Origin: Candidatus Pacearchaeota archaeon
GTDB taxonomy: Archaea > Nanobdellota > Nanobdellia > Pacearchaeales > UBA284
Reading direction: 5' to 3'
Assembly: GCA_026016245.1 (NCBI GenBank)
Contig: CP061211.1
Location: 510,001-542,000 of the forward strand
DNA: 32,000 bases
A model generated the notes under the pieces. It searched no databases. It was not told the DNA's origin and saw nothing but the letters and a program-made list of their open reading frames with translations. The position numbers and the translations under genes were made by a program. Below are positions 14,739 through 23,328 of this stretch, piece after piece (within the stretch, counting starts at the first letter, position 1; each line of letters starts with the position of its first letter).

Positions 14739-14996
14739 TTATCTCATATCCTCTTCACTTACAACAACAAAGTCGCCAATAGCAAGAATCGCTGAATAAG
14801 GCACTAGTAATTCATTGCCTTTTCCTTTTTCAAGGTTTAGCGAAGAAGCATATGCTGTTGGTGAAGTCATAACTATTTGTATTAATTCACCACTTCTTGT
14901 TTCAAAGGTTATGTCTTTTACAATACCTAATCTCTTACCTTCTTTTGTTACAACAAGCTTACCAACAACGTCTTTAGTTGGTTTTCTTTCAACCAT
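14739..14996 (-). CDS. PRC-barrel domain protein
   Basis: 85 aa. VVGKLVVTKEGKRLGIVKDITFETRSGELIQIVM ... LLVPYSAILAIGDFVVV is the typical small archaeal PRC-barrel pattern. Confidence 0.7.
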   Translation of the reverse strand: MVERKPTKDVVGKLVVTKEGKRLGIVKDITFETRSGELIQIVMTSPTAYASSLNLEKGKGNELLVPYSAILAIGDFVVVSEEDMR

Positions 14997-15066
14997 TTTT
15001 TAAAAACTAAACTATATTAACTCTAATGGAAACTTTATATTATTTATAAATTTTTCTCTTTCAGAA

Positions 15067-15093
15067 CACCACCCCCTTCCCTTCTTATGGAAA
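15067..15093 (-). promoter_or_regulatory. Origin recognition box ORB1 (inverted relative to ORB2/3)
   Basis: The minus strand reads TTTCCATAAGAAGGGAAGGGGGTGGTG. It has the TTTCCATA core followed by a G-string after a 9-nt spacer, as in ORB2. Confidence 0.7.
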
Positions 15094-15128
15094 TATTAAA
15101 AAGATTTAAAAAAGGATTTGTTTTTCGG

Positions 15129-15204
15129 TTTATTAAATATTATTTATAAATATTTATATTATATATTATTATTATAAAAAATATATATTATATATTATAT
15201 ATTT
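15129..15204. other. Duplex unwinding element (76 nt of uninterrupted A/T) of oriC
   Basis: There is no G or C between 15129 and 15204. The stretch is rich in tatatta/ttataaa repeats and lies between the inverted ORB boxes. Confidence 0.7.
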
Positions 15205-15226
15205 CCATAGGAAACGTAGGGGTTAC
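15202..15226 (+). promoter_or_regulatory. Origin recognition box ORB2
   Basis: TTTCCATAGGAAACGTAGGGGTTAC has the dyad TTTCC..GGAAA plus a GGGG string. It matches the archaeal ORB architecture (TCCA-N-TGGAAA ... GGGG). Confidence 0.7.
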
Positions 15227-15272
15227 TTTTGTTTCGTGACGACGCTTTTTTAACAAGCTTTTTAAAATATTA

Positions 15273-15295
15273 TTTCCATAGGAAATATAGGTCAC
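15273..15295 (+). promoter_or_regulatory. ORB3 / mini-ORB (G-string degenerate)
   Basis: TTTCCATAGGAAATATAGGTCAC has the same 13-nt core as ORB2, with the G-string replaced by GGTC. Confidence 0.6.
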
Positions 15296-15373
15296 TATGT
15301 GGTTGTTTTAGGACAAAAATATTTATAAGAATGTTTTTGTTAGATAAATATTATTAAGAAAAGACTAAGGAAA

Positions 15374-16612
15374 ATGGTCAAAAAAAGAGGACAAAATAAT
15401 CAAAATAATAATATAGATCAAATTTTTGATTCTTTTATTAATCAAACTATTTTTAGGAATAAACTAATTTTACAAACAAATTATACTCCTGAAACAATAC
15501 CACATAGAGAAAAACAGATAACACAAGTTGCTTCTATAATTGCTCCAAGCTTAAGAATGGAGAAACCTAGTAATCTTTTTATCTATGGCTTGACAGGAAC
15601 TGGAAAGACATTAGTTATTAACTATGTTAAAAGTGAACTACTTAAGAGGGCTTCTAAACAAAAGATTCCACTTTTAATCCCTTATATAAATTGTAAATTA
15701 AGGAAAGTAGCAGATACAGAATATAGGATTCTTGCAGAATTATTGAATAAGTTAGGAGAGAAAGTTCCTGCAACAGGGCTTCCAACAGATAAGCTTTATC
15801 ATAAATTCATTGAACTTATTGATTCTAAAAAACAAATCATCATTATTATTTTAGATGAAATTGATCAGGCTGTTAAGAAAATTGGTGATGACTTTTTGTA
15901 TAGTTTTACAAGACTTAGTTCTGAATTGAACAAGGCACAAATAAGCATTATAGGAATATCTAATGATTTAAAATTTATAGATGTTTTAGACCCTAGAGTA
16001 AAGAGTTCGTTAAGTGAAGAAGAAATCTTGTTTCCCCCTTATAATGCATTACAACTTCAGGATATTTTGAAGAAAAGGGCGAAAGAGGCATTTAAACCAA
16101 AAATTGTTGGTGAAGGTGTTATTGAGAAATGTTCAGCTTATGCTGCCCGTGAACATGGTGATGCTAGACGTGCTTTAGATTTATTGAGAATTGCTGGTGA
16201 GGTTGTTGAAAGGGATAGTAAAAACAAGATCACATTAGAATATATAGACAAGGCCAAAGAAAGAATAGAATCTGACAAGATTTTAATGGCTGTTGAAACA
16301 CAACCAAAGCAATTCCAGATCACACTTTTGGCTATTCTTAACTTATATAAAAAATTGAAAGATAAAAATAGCCCTATTTTTACAGGAGATATTTATAATG
16401 TTTACAGAGATTTTTGTCATAAAACAAAGACAGAATGCTTAACACAGAGACGTATTTCAGATATTATAGCTGAATTTGATATGTCTGGTGTGATTAATGC
16501 TAGAGTTATTAGCAAAGGAAGATATGGGAGATGTAGAGAAATAAGAATTGATCATCCTTCAAATTTAATTGAAAAAATCAATCGTCTTTTAATGGAATCC
16601 TTAAATTTATAA
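15374..16612 (+). CDS. cdc6: Orc1/Cdc6 replication initiator
   Basis: AAA+ Walker A YGLTGTGKT, Walker B IILDEIDQ and sensor motif GDARRALDLLR are present, with a C-terminal winged helix. The gene lies immediately downstream of the ORB/DUE region. A TATA-like tttataa is at 15322-15328. Confidence 0.9.
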   Translation: MVKKRGQNNQNNNIDQIFDSFINQTIFRNKLILQTNYTPETIPHREKQITQVASIIAPSLRMEKPSNLFIYGLTGTGKTLVINYVKSELLKRASKQKIPLLIPYINCKLRKVADTEYRILAELLNKLGEKVPATGLPTDKLYHKFIELIDSKKQIIIIILDEIDQAVKKIGDDFLYSFTRLSSELNKAQISIIGISNDLKFIDVLDPRVKSSLSEEEILFPPYNALQLQDILKKRAKEAFKPKIVGEGVIEKCSAYAAREHGDARRALDLLRIAGEVVERDSKNKITLEYIDKAKERIESDKILMAVETQPKQFQITLLAILNLYKKLKDKNSPIFTGDIYNVYRDFCHKTKTECLTQRRISDIIAEFDMSGVINARVISKGRYGRCREIRIDHPSNLIEKINRLLMESLNL

Positions 16613-16628
16613 TCAAGGCTAAAGTAAA

Positions 16629-18191
16629 ATGGAAGAGGGGGATATTAAAAATTTAATGAAGAGAGGTTATTTAGTTGAACCTACACTTACAGAAATTTTA
16701 TCCAATAAATCTCTTTCTTCAGTTCCCCTTATAAACTTGATAATGAATTTAGAACCACCAAAATTAATTTCTAGAGATTTTTTTCTAATAAATGTTCCAA
16801 AAATTATTGGACAAATTAACAATCTCAATATCGATAAAAAACTCATGTTTGAAGCAAGCAGTTATCTTATGACTTTTATTGAGAAAGAACCAAAATTAGA
16901 GATTAAAAAAGAGGAGAAAGAAAAGTTAGAAGCTGAAATTAGTAAAAGGAGAGTTGTTGTTACAGAAATTATAGAGCCACAGGTTAAGAAGATAGAAGTA
17001 AAGGATTTTGTGAGGTGTTTTCGAGACAGATTTTTAACAATTAAAAATTTTATTCAAGAGCATGATTTAAAAGGCCTGACTAGTATAGGAAAAATCTCTA
17101 GCAATAGGCGTTTTCTTTCTGTTATCGGTCTTGTAAATGCTAAAAGAATAACTAAGAACAAGAATCTGTTGCTTACAATAGAGGATATGACAGGTAAGAT
17201 TAATGTTATTGTTCATCATGATAAGACTGATTTATTTGAGAAAGGGAAATATGTTGTTTTGGATGAGGTAATTGCTGTAACAGGGTCTGGTTCTAATGAA
17301 ATAATATTTGCAAATGATATTATTTTCCCTGATATTGCTGCTGTTGAAAAGAAGAGATCAGATAAAGAAGAGTATGCAGCTTTTACTTCTGATATACATC
17401 TTGGTTCAGTTAAGTTTCTTGAAGAGAATTTCCTTAAATTTATTGATTGGTTGAATGGAAAAATAGGTTCAGAAAAACAAAGGGAGCTATCTTCAAAAAT
17501 AAAATATCTTTTTATTGCTGGTGATAATGTGGATGGAATTGGTGTTTATCCAAAACAAGAAAAGGAACTCATTATTAGGGATATTAGGGAGCAGTATAAA
17601 AAATTAGCAGAGTTTTTAGGAAAGATACGTAAAGATGTTACAATTATCATGTGTCCTGGAGGGATGCACGATGCTGTCAGGCTTGTAGAACCACAACCAA
17701 AAATACCAAAAGAAATAGCTCCAGAGTTATATGAACTAGAAAATTTAATCCTGACAACAAATCCATCAATAATTAAGATAGCGCACTCAAGAAATTTTCC
17801 TGGGTTTAATGTTTTGATGTATCATGGAGATTCTTATGACTATTATGGAGATGCTGTTGATCCTTTAAGACAGAATAATGCTAAGTTAAGACCAGATATG
17901 ATAATCCATTTTTTACTGAAGAAAAGACATCTGGCGCCAACACATACATCAACAACTTATTATCCTGGAGAAAAAGATTATCTTGTTATCAGGAATGTCC
18001 CAGACATTTTTGTTTCAGGCCATATTCATAAGAGTGCTATTTCATCTTATAACAATATTCTAACCATCTCATGCTCGTGCTGGCAATTAAAAACAGCATT
18101 TCAAGAAAAATTTGGTCATGAGCCTGATCCTTGTAAAGTTCCAATATTAAATTTGAAGACAGGCAAGGTTAATATGCTTGATTTTAGTTGA
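16629..18191 (+). CDS. dp1: DNA polymerase II (PolD) small subunit DP1
   Basis: An OB-fold region is followed by the phosphoesterase motifs FTSDIHLGS, IAGDNVDG, MCPGGMHD, YHGD and SGHIHK. Confidence 0.9.
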   Translation: MEEGDIKNLMKRGYLVEPTLTEILSNKSLSSVPLINLIMNLEPPKLISRDFFLINVPKIIGQINNLNIDKKLMFEASSYLMTFIEKEPKLEIKKEEKEKLEAEISKRRVVVTEIIEPQVKKIEVKDFVRCFRDRFLTIKNFIQEHDLKGLTSIGKISSNRRFLSVIGLVNAKRITKNKNLLLTIEDMTGKINVIVHHDKTDLFEKGKYVVLDEVIAVTGSGSNEIIFANDIIFPDIAAVEKKRSDKEEYAAFTSDIHLGSVKFLEENFLKFIDWLNGKIGSEKQRELSSKIKYLFIAGDNVDGIGVYPKQEKELIIRDIREQYKKLAEFLGKIRKDVTIIMCPGGMHDAVRLVEPQPKIPKEIAPELYELENLILTTNPSIIKIAHSRNFPGFNVLMYHGDSYDYYGDAVDPLRQNNAKLRPDMIIHFLLKKRHLAPTHTSTTYYPGEKDYLVIRNVPDIFVSGHIHKSAISSYNNILTISCSCWQLKTAFQEKFGHEPDPCKVPILNLKTGKVNMLDFS

Positions 18192-18199
18192 AGGAAAAG

Positions 18200-21100
18200 A
18201 TGTACAAATATTTTAAAGAAATAGAAAATGGAACAAGAACAGCATATTCTGTGGCTGAAGAAGCAAGAAAGAAAGGCCTTGATCCTAAATCAGTTGTGGA
18301 AATAAAGATAGCTACAAACCTTGCTCAGAGAGCCATTGGTTTGATTGCTTCTAAATATCCCCAAGTTCAAAATGAGAAGATAGAAAGGAGAATTAAGGAA
18401 TTAGAGAAAGAGCATGGCTTTCTTGATCATGCTGTTTGTTTAAAAATAGCTGAAGAAATTGCAAAAGAGAGATTCTGTAAGTTTAAGGATTTGCACGAGG
18501 CAATAGATGCTGGCATCAGAGTAGCTTTTGCTTATTATACTCTTGGGGTAGTTGTTCCACCCCTTGAAGGATTCACCCATTTTGAAATTAAAAAGACAAG
18601 AAATGGAAAAGATTTTTTTGCAGCTTATTATTCTGGCCCTATTCGTTCAGCTGGTGTTACTGCAGCATTTTTTTCACTTGTTATTGTTGATTACCTAAGA
18701 GAAGTTTTTGGTTATGCTAAATATGATCCTACTGAAATTGAGACTAAGAGGGGGATCACAGAAGTATATGATTATCATGAACGTGTTACAAACTTACAAT
18801 ATCTTGCGACACCAGAAGAAATAAAGTTGGCATTAAGTAATGTGCCAATCCAGATTGATGGGCTACCTACAGAAGAAAGAGAAGTGAGTAATTATAAAGA
18901 TCTAGAAAGAATAGAAACAAATAGAATAAGAGGGGGTTTTTGTTTGATTTTAAGCGAATCACTTTGCCAGAAAGTTCCTAAATACTGGAAAATAATTATT
19001 AAATTAAGGAATAAAGGATTTAAACTTAGTGGCTGGGATTTTTTAGAAAAATTAATTGAACTTAAGGAAAAGATTCAGGAAAAAAAGAAGAAGCAAGAAG
19101 CTGCAGCCACATACATTCAAGATGCTGTTGCTGGTAGACCTATATTTGGACACCCTTCCCGATCAGGAGCTTTCCGGTTATGTTATGGTAGATGTAGGTT
19201 TAGTGGTTATAGTGCTGCAGCAATTAATCCAGCTACCATGAAAATCTTTGATGATTTTATAGCAGTAGGAACACAATTAAAATTAGAAAGACCAACTAAG
19301 GGTGCCTCAATAACTGTCTGTGATGATATTGATGGGCCAATAATTAAGTTAGAAGATGATTCTGTGGTTGAAGTTAAAACATTAGAACAAGCAGAAGAAG
19401 TGAAAGACAAGATAAAAGAGATAATTTATTCAGGGGACTTGCTTGTTTCTTATGGAGATTTTATTAATAGGAACCACCCTTTATTGCCTTGTGGATATAA
19501 CCCAGACTGGTGGCTGACAGAATTGAAGGCAATTGCAGTAAAATATGGAGACCCAGAAAAATTAGCTGGGAAAAGTCCAGAGGAATTAGAAAAAATACAA
19601 AATCTTTTGAAAAATATTGATAAAAAAAATGTTTCTATTGAAAATGCTATTAAAATAAGTGATTTATTTAGATTGCCTTTACATTCAAATTTTATTTTTT
19701 ATTGGTCCCAGATAAATTTTGAACAATTTCTTTCTTTGATTGAATGGTTTTCTGAGTCAAACTTAAGAGAAGGCAAGTTAAATCTACCTTATGAAACTCA
19801 CAGAAGAGAAAAATTTAGTAAAGCAAAAAGAACATTGGAATTATTAGGAATAGAACATCAAGTTACCACAGCGAATGTAGTGGTTGAATCTATAATTACA
19901 AAAGCCCTGGCAGTTAATCTTGATGTTAATCTAGAAAACTTTCTACGAGATTCAAAAAATTTATTAGAAAAAGCAAGAAAGAAGAACAAATCAACCAAAG
20001 TTCTTGATTTTGTAAATAAAACATCAAGATTTAAAATAAAAGATAAGGCAGGAAGTTTTATTGGCGCTAGAATGGGGAGGCCTGAAAAAGCTAAACCAAG
20101 AGAATTAACTGGCAGCCCCCATGTTCTATTTCCTGTAGGGGAACAAGGTGGAAGATTGAGAAGTTTTCAGGCAGCGATTAAAGAGGGTTATGTTGAGGCT
20201 GATTTCCCTCTTTATTATTGTGAAAATTGTAAAAAAGAAACAATTTATTTTATTTGTGAAAATTGTAAAAAAAAGACAAGAAAAATATACTATTGTCCAG
20301 AGTGTATCAAGAAGATTCATACTGAAAACTGCCCCTTACATGGAAAAGCAATGTCTTATTCAAAAACAAAACTAGATATCAAACATTATTTTGATGCTGC
20401 GACAAAACAATCAAGAATCAGGAATGAAGGTTCTGTTTTGGTAAAAGGAGTTAGAGGGACAAGCTCTAAAGATCATACTCCTGAAAATTTGGCTAAAGGT
20501 ATTTTGAGGGCAGCTTTTAATTTACATGTTAATAAGGACGGAACCATAAGGTATGATTCAAGCGAAGTTCCAATGACACAATTTAAACCAAAAGAAGCAA
20601 ATGTCAGCATAGAAAAGTTAAAGGAGTTAGGTTATTTTAAAGATATAAACGGCAGAGAGCTTAAAGATAAAGGCCAGATTTTAGAGTTAAAGCCGCACGA
20701 TGTTATTCTACCTTGTTTGCCACATTCTTCAGATGAACCAGCAAATGAGACTTTTTTTAGAGTGTCAAAATTTATGGACGCTTTGCTTGTAAATTTTTAT
20801 GGGATGAAACCTTTTTATGATTTAAAATGCAAGGAAGATCTTATTGGACACTTACTTTTATGCGAAGCCCCCCATAATTGTGCGGGGGTAGTTGGTAGAA
20901 TCATAGGTTTTAGTAATACCCAAGGTTTTTTTGCCTCTCCTTATATGCATGCAGCTATGAGAAGAGATTGTGATGGAGATGAAGCTGCTATGATGTTATT
21001 GCTTGATGCATTAATTAATTTCTCTAGAGAATATCTGCCAGCTCATCGTGGAGCAACACAAGATTCACCATTGATTTTGAACTCAAGAATAAGAGCACAA

Positions 21101-21721
21101 GAAGTTGATGATATGATATTTGATATGGATGTTGTTAAGAACTATCCTCTTGAACTTTATATGGCTGCAGAGAAATCTATGATGCCTAATACTGTTAAGA
21201 TAGAACAAATAAGTGACAGATTAAAGGATGAAGAACTTTTTTCTGCATTCAAAAATCTTTATTACACTCACGAAACTAGTAATCTAAATGATGCTACTCT
21301 TTGTAATTCTTATAAGACATTAATAACAATGCAGGATAAGGTTAATCATCAGATGGCTCTTGCTGAGAAACTAAGAGCAGTAGATACGGCAGATGTCGCA
21401 AGACTTGTTATAGAAAGGCATTTTATAAGAGACATCAAAGGAAATTTCCACAAGTTCACGAGGCAGAGGTTTAGATGTGTTAAATGTAATGAAAAATACA
21501 GAAGACCTCCTTTATCAGGTAAATGTAGATGTGGTGGGAGGATTATTTTTACAATTGCTGAGGGCTCTATAATTAAATATCTTGAGCCAGCAATACAATT
21601 AGCTAAGAAATATGGTGTTTCAGATTATGTGAAGCAATCTTTAGATCTTGTGAAGCAGGCTATAGAAAGTATCTTTGGTAAGGAGACAGAAAAACAGCAA
21701 GAATTGAAACAATGGTTCTGA
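18200..21721 (+). CDS. dp2: DNA polymerase II (PolD) large subunit DP2
   Basis: About 1170 aa. The catalytic acidic motif MRRDCDGDEAAMMLLLD is present, with zinc fingers CENCKK..CENCKK..CPEC..CPLHG and a C-terminal CVKCNEKYRRPPLSGKCRCGG. The ATG at 18200 is preceded by aaggaaaag. The alternative TTG at 18188 overlaps the dp1 stop. No intein is seen. Confidence 0.9.
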   Translation: MYKYFKEIENGTRTAYSVAEEARKKGLDPKSVVEIKIATNLAQRAIGLIASKYPQVQNEKIERRIKELEKEHGFLDHAVCLKIAEEIAKERFCKFKDLHEAIDAGIRVAFAYYTLGVVVPPLEGFTHFEIKKTRNGKDFFAAYYSGPIRSAGVTAAFFSLVIVDYLREVFGYAKYDPTEIETKRGITEVYDYHERVTNLQYLATPEEIKLALSNVPIQIDGLPTEEREVSNYKDLERIETNRIRGGFCLILSESLCQKVPKYWKIIIKLRNKGFKLSGWDFLEKLIELKEKIQEKKKKQEAAATYIQDAVAGRPIFGHPSRSGAFRLCYGRCRFSGYSAAAINPATMKIFDDFIAVGTQLKLERPTKGASITVCDDIDGPIIKLEDDSVVEVKTLEQAEEVKDKIKEIIYSGDLLVSYGDFINRNHPLLPCGYNPDWWLTELKAIAVKYGDPEKLAGKSPEELEKIQNLLKNIDKKNVSIENAIKISDLFRLPLHSNFIFYWSQINFEQFLSLIEWFSESNLREGKLNLPYETHRREKFSKAKRTLELLGIEHQVTTANVVVESIITKALAVNLDVNLENFLRDSKNLLEKARKKNKSTKVLDFVNKTSRFKIKDKAGSFIGARMGRPEKAKPRELTGSPHVLFPVGEQGGRLRSFQAAIKEGYVEADFPLYYCENCKKETIYFICENCKKKTRKIYYCPECIKKIHTENCPLHGKAMSYSKTKLDIKHYFDAATKQSRIRNEGSVLVKGVRGTSSKDHTPENLAKGILRAAFNLHVNKDGTIRYDSSEVPMTQFKPKEANVSIEKLKELGYFKDINGRELKDKGQILELKPHDVILPCLPHSSDEPANETFFRVSKFMDALLVNFYGMKPFYDLKCKEDLIGHLLLCEAPHNCAGVVGRIIGFSNTQGFFASPYMHAAMRRDCDGDEAAMMLLLDALINFSREYLPAHRGATQDSPLILNSRIRAQEVDDMIFDMDVVKNYPLELYMAAEKSMMPNTVKIEQISDRLKDEELFSAFKNLYYTHETSNLNDATLCNSYKTLITMQDKVNHQMALAEKLRAVDTADVARLVIERHFIRDIKGNFHKFTRQRFRCVKCNEKYRRPPLSGKCRCGGRIIFTIAEGSIIKYLEPAIQLAKKYGVSDYVKQSLDLVKQAIESIFGKETEKQQELKQWF

Positions 21722-21733
21722 AAATGATTTATT

Positions 21734-22936
21734 CTAGATCAAATACCAAATTATAACAGGCAATATTAAACAGCCCATCAGATACATTTTCCTTATTCCA
21801 AGCATAGAGGTTGAAATTCCTAAAGCTGTTGCTGTTATAAAAACCAAAAGAGCAAGCCAACCACTTAAGATAGGCACGAGAATTGTTAAAAATACCAATA
21901 TAGCCAAACAGAGCTTTTTATAATCTATTTTTGCGATGTTTTTGGAAAAGATTCTTGCAAAAATAAATGTTATAAAAACAGCAAGAGAACCTGCTAAAAG
22001 AGCAACAGCTAAAAAAAGCCATAATTGTTGCTCAGAGAAGATTCCAAGAAAACGCCCAATAAAAACAGCAATTCCTGTTCTTGGTCTACTTACAGAATAA
22101 AGAACAATAAAGCTTAATATCATAACTATTGTATTTATTGCCCCTAGTAAGATGAGAAAAGTTTTTTCATCTATTTTTTTCAATCCAGATGAAATCACAG
22201 CAGCTTGACTAGAACCAACACCAGGTAAAAAAGAAACAAGAGATGATGAAAATATACCTAAACCAAGAGCTTGTAAAATATTTTTTCTTTTGATTTTTAT
22301 AGGTTTTATTTTTTGTTCTGGGAGTTTAACATTTTTAACAATACTAATAGCTAATAAAGAAGCTCCAAATAAACCAGTGAAAAGAGGAAAGAGGGGTTGT
22401 TTTATAAGAGGAAAATTTAAAGTGGCATAACCTAAGATACCTGCAAGTAAAAAAAGGAAGAGGGCAGGAATTCTTTTTGATTTTTCTTCTTTAAAAATAA
22501 GGAAAATGACGATGGCAATAAGAAGAAAAACAATTATTTTTATTAAGAAAGGATAGAAATAAGGTAAAGTAACAATGAAGAAAGGGGCAAGAGCCAAAGC
22601 TATAAGTAAACCAAAAAAAGATCCTACTACAGTGAGTTTTACAGCACCATAACCTTTTCCTTTAAGTAATAAACGATGGCCTGGTAAAACACTTAAAGCA
22701 GTATCTTCATCAGGGGCGCCAAGGAAAATAGATGGAAGAAAATCAAGAAAAGTATGGGTTACTGCCATAGATATAATGAAGACTACAAGTATGGATGGAT
22801 CTGTGAACTGTAGGAAGAAAGCTGAACTTGAAAATAAAAGCAAAGCTAAAAGATTTATATGAATTCCAGGGATTAGGCCTGTTAGAGTTCCTGCTACAAG
22901 ACCGAGAAATATAGCTATCAGAATATATTCTATCAT
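21734..22936 (-). CDS. Polytopic membrane protein, TctA/DUF112-like permease
   Basis: 400 aa with about 10-12 TM segments. The Gly/Pro-rich motifs AGTLTGLIPGIHINL and FLPGVGSSQAAV resemble TctA-family repeats. Confidence 0.45.
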   Translation of the reverse strand: MIEYILIAIFLGLVAGTLTGLIPGIHINLLALLLFSSSAFFLQFTDPSILVVFIISMAVTHTFLDFLPSIFLGAPDEDTALSVLPGHRLLLKGKGYGAVKLTVVGSFFGLLIALALAPFFIVTLPYFYPFLIKIIVFLLIAIVIFLIFKEEKSKRIPALFLFLLAGILGYATLNFPLIKQPLFPLFTGLFGASLLAISIVKNVKLPEQKIKPIKIKRKNILQALGLGIFSSSLVSFLPGVGSSQAAVISSGLKKIDEKTFLILLGAINTIVMILSFIVLYSVSRPRTGIAVFIGRFLGIFSEQQLWLFLAVALLAGSLAVFITFIFARIFSKNIAKIDYKKLCLAILVFLTILVPILSGWLALLVFITATALGISTSMLGIRKMYLMGCLILPVIIWYLI

Positions 22937-23277
22937 CTCACAACTTCTATTTTATTTATCTCTATTTCAATTTCATCTTTATATTCAAAAATTTTTCCAA
23001 GAATAATAACTTCAGCTCCTTCAAAATTTCCAACATCTTTGTATATAACTGCGCGAATCCCTGCTGTACCATCATAAACAGTGAATATTGTTAAACCATT
23101 AATGTTTCTTTGATTTGTCACATCCCCCTTAATTCTAACCCACTCATCAATCATATTTTCGTTTATATCAGAAATTTTAGTAATATTAGGCTCGAGATTA
23201 TTGGCAAGAACGATTACAAGATAAATACCAATTAAGGTAGTTATTAAAGAAAACTTAAGTAGAGTACGGGTTTTCAT
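22933..23277 (-). CDS. Membrane-anchored OB-fold protein
   Basis: An N-terminal TM segment (LITTLIGIYLVIVLA) is followed by an OB-fold-like pattern, WVRIKGDVTNQR..LTIFTVYDGTAGIRAVIY...VIILGKIFEYKDEIEIEI. The gene overlaps the downstream permease gene by 4 nt. Confidence 0.5.
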   Translation of the reverse strand: MKTRTLLKFSLITTLIGIYLVIVLANNLEPNITKISDINENMIDEWVRIKGDVTNQRNINGLTIFTVYDGTAGIRAVIYKDVGNFEGAEVIILGKIFEYKDEIEIEINKIEVVR

Positions 23278-23328
23278 ATTATCCCTTATTACGAAAACTA
23301 TAAAAAACTAAGCTACTATTGTTGAATA

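Noticed and set aside
15121-15200. Repetitive tatatta/ttataaa tract, considered as a possible CRISPR array, microsatellite or mobile-element end
   Set aside because: There is no repeat-spacer periodicity. The composition is pure A/T and the tract lies between inverted ORB boxes next to cdc6, which fits a duplex unwinding element.
18188-18199. TTG start for dp2 overlapping the dp1 stop
   Set aside because: It is possible as translational coupling. However, the ATG at 18200 with an upstream aaggaaaag is the more conservative call, and the difference is only 4 codons.
20219-20272. Exact 18-nt direct repeat tgtgaaaattgtaaaaaa (20219-20236 and 20255-20272)
   Set aside because: Both copies are in frame within DP2 and encode the paired CENCKK halves of a zinc finger. 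This is a coding-sequence repeat, not a mobile or regulatory element.
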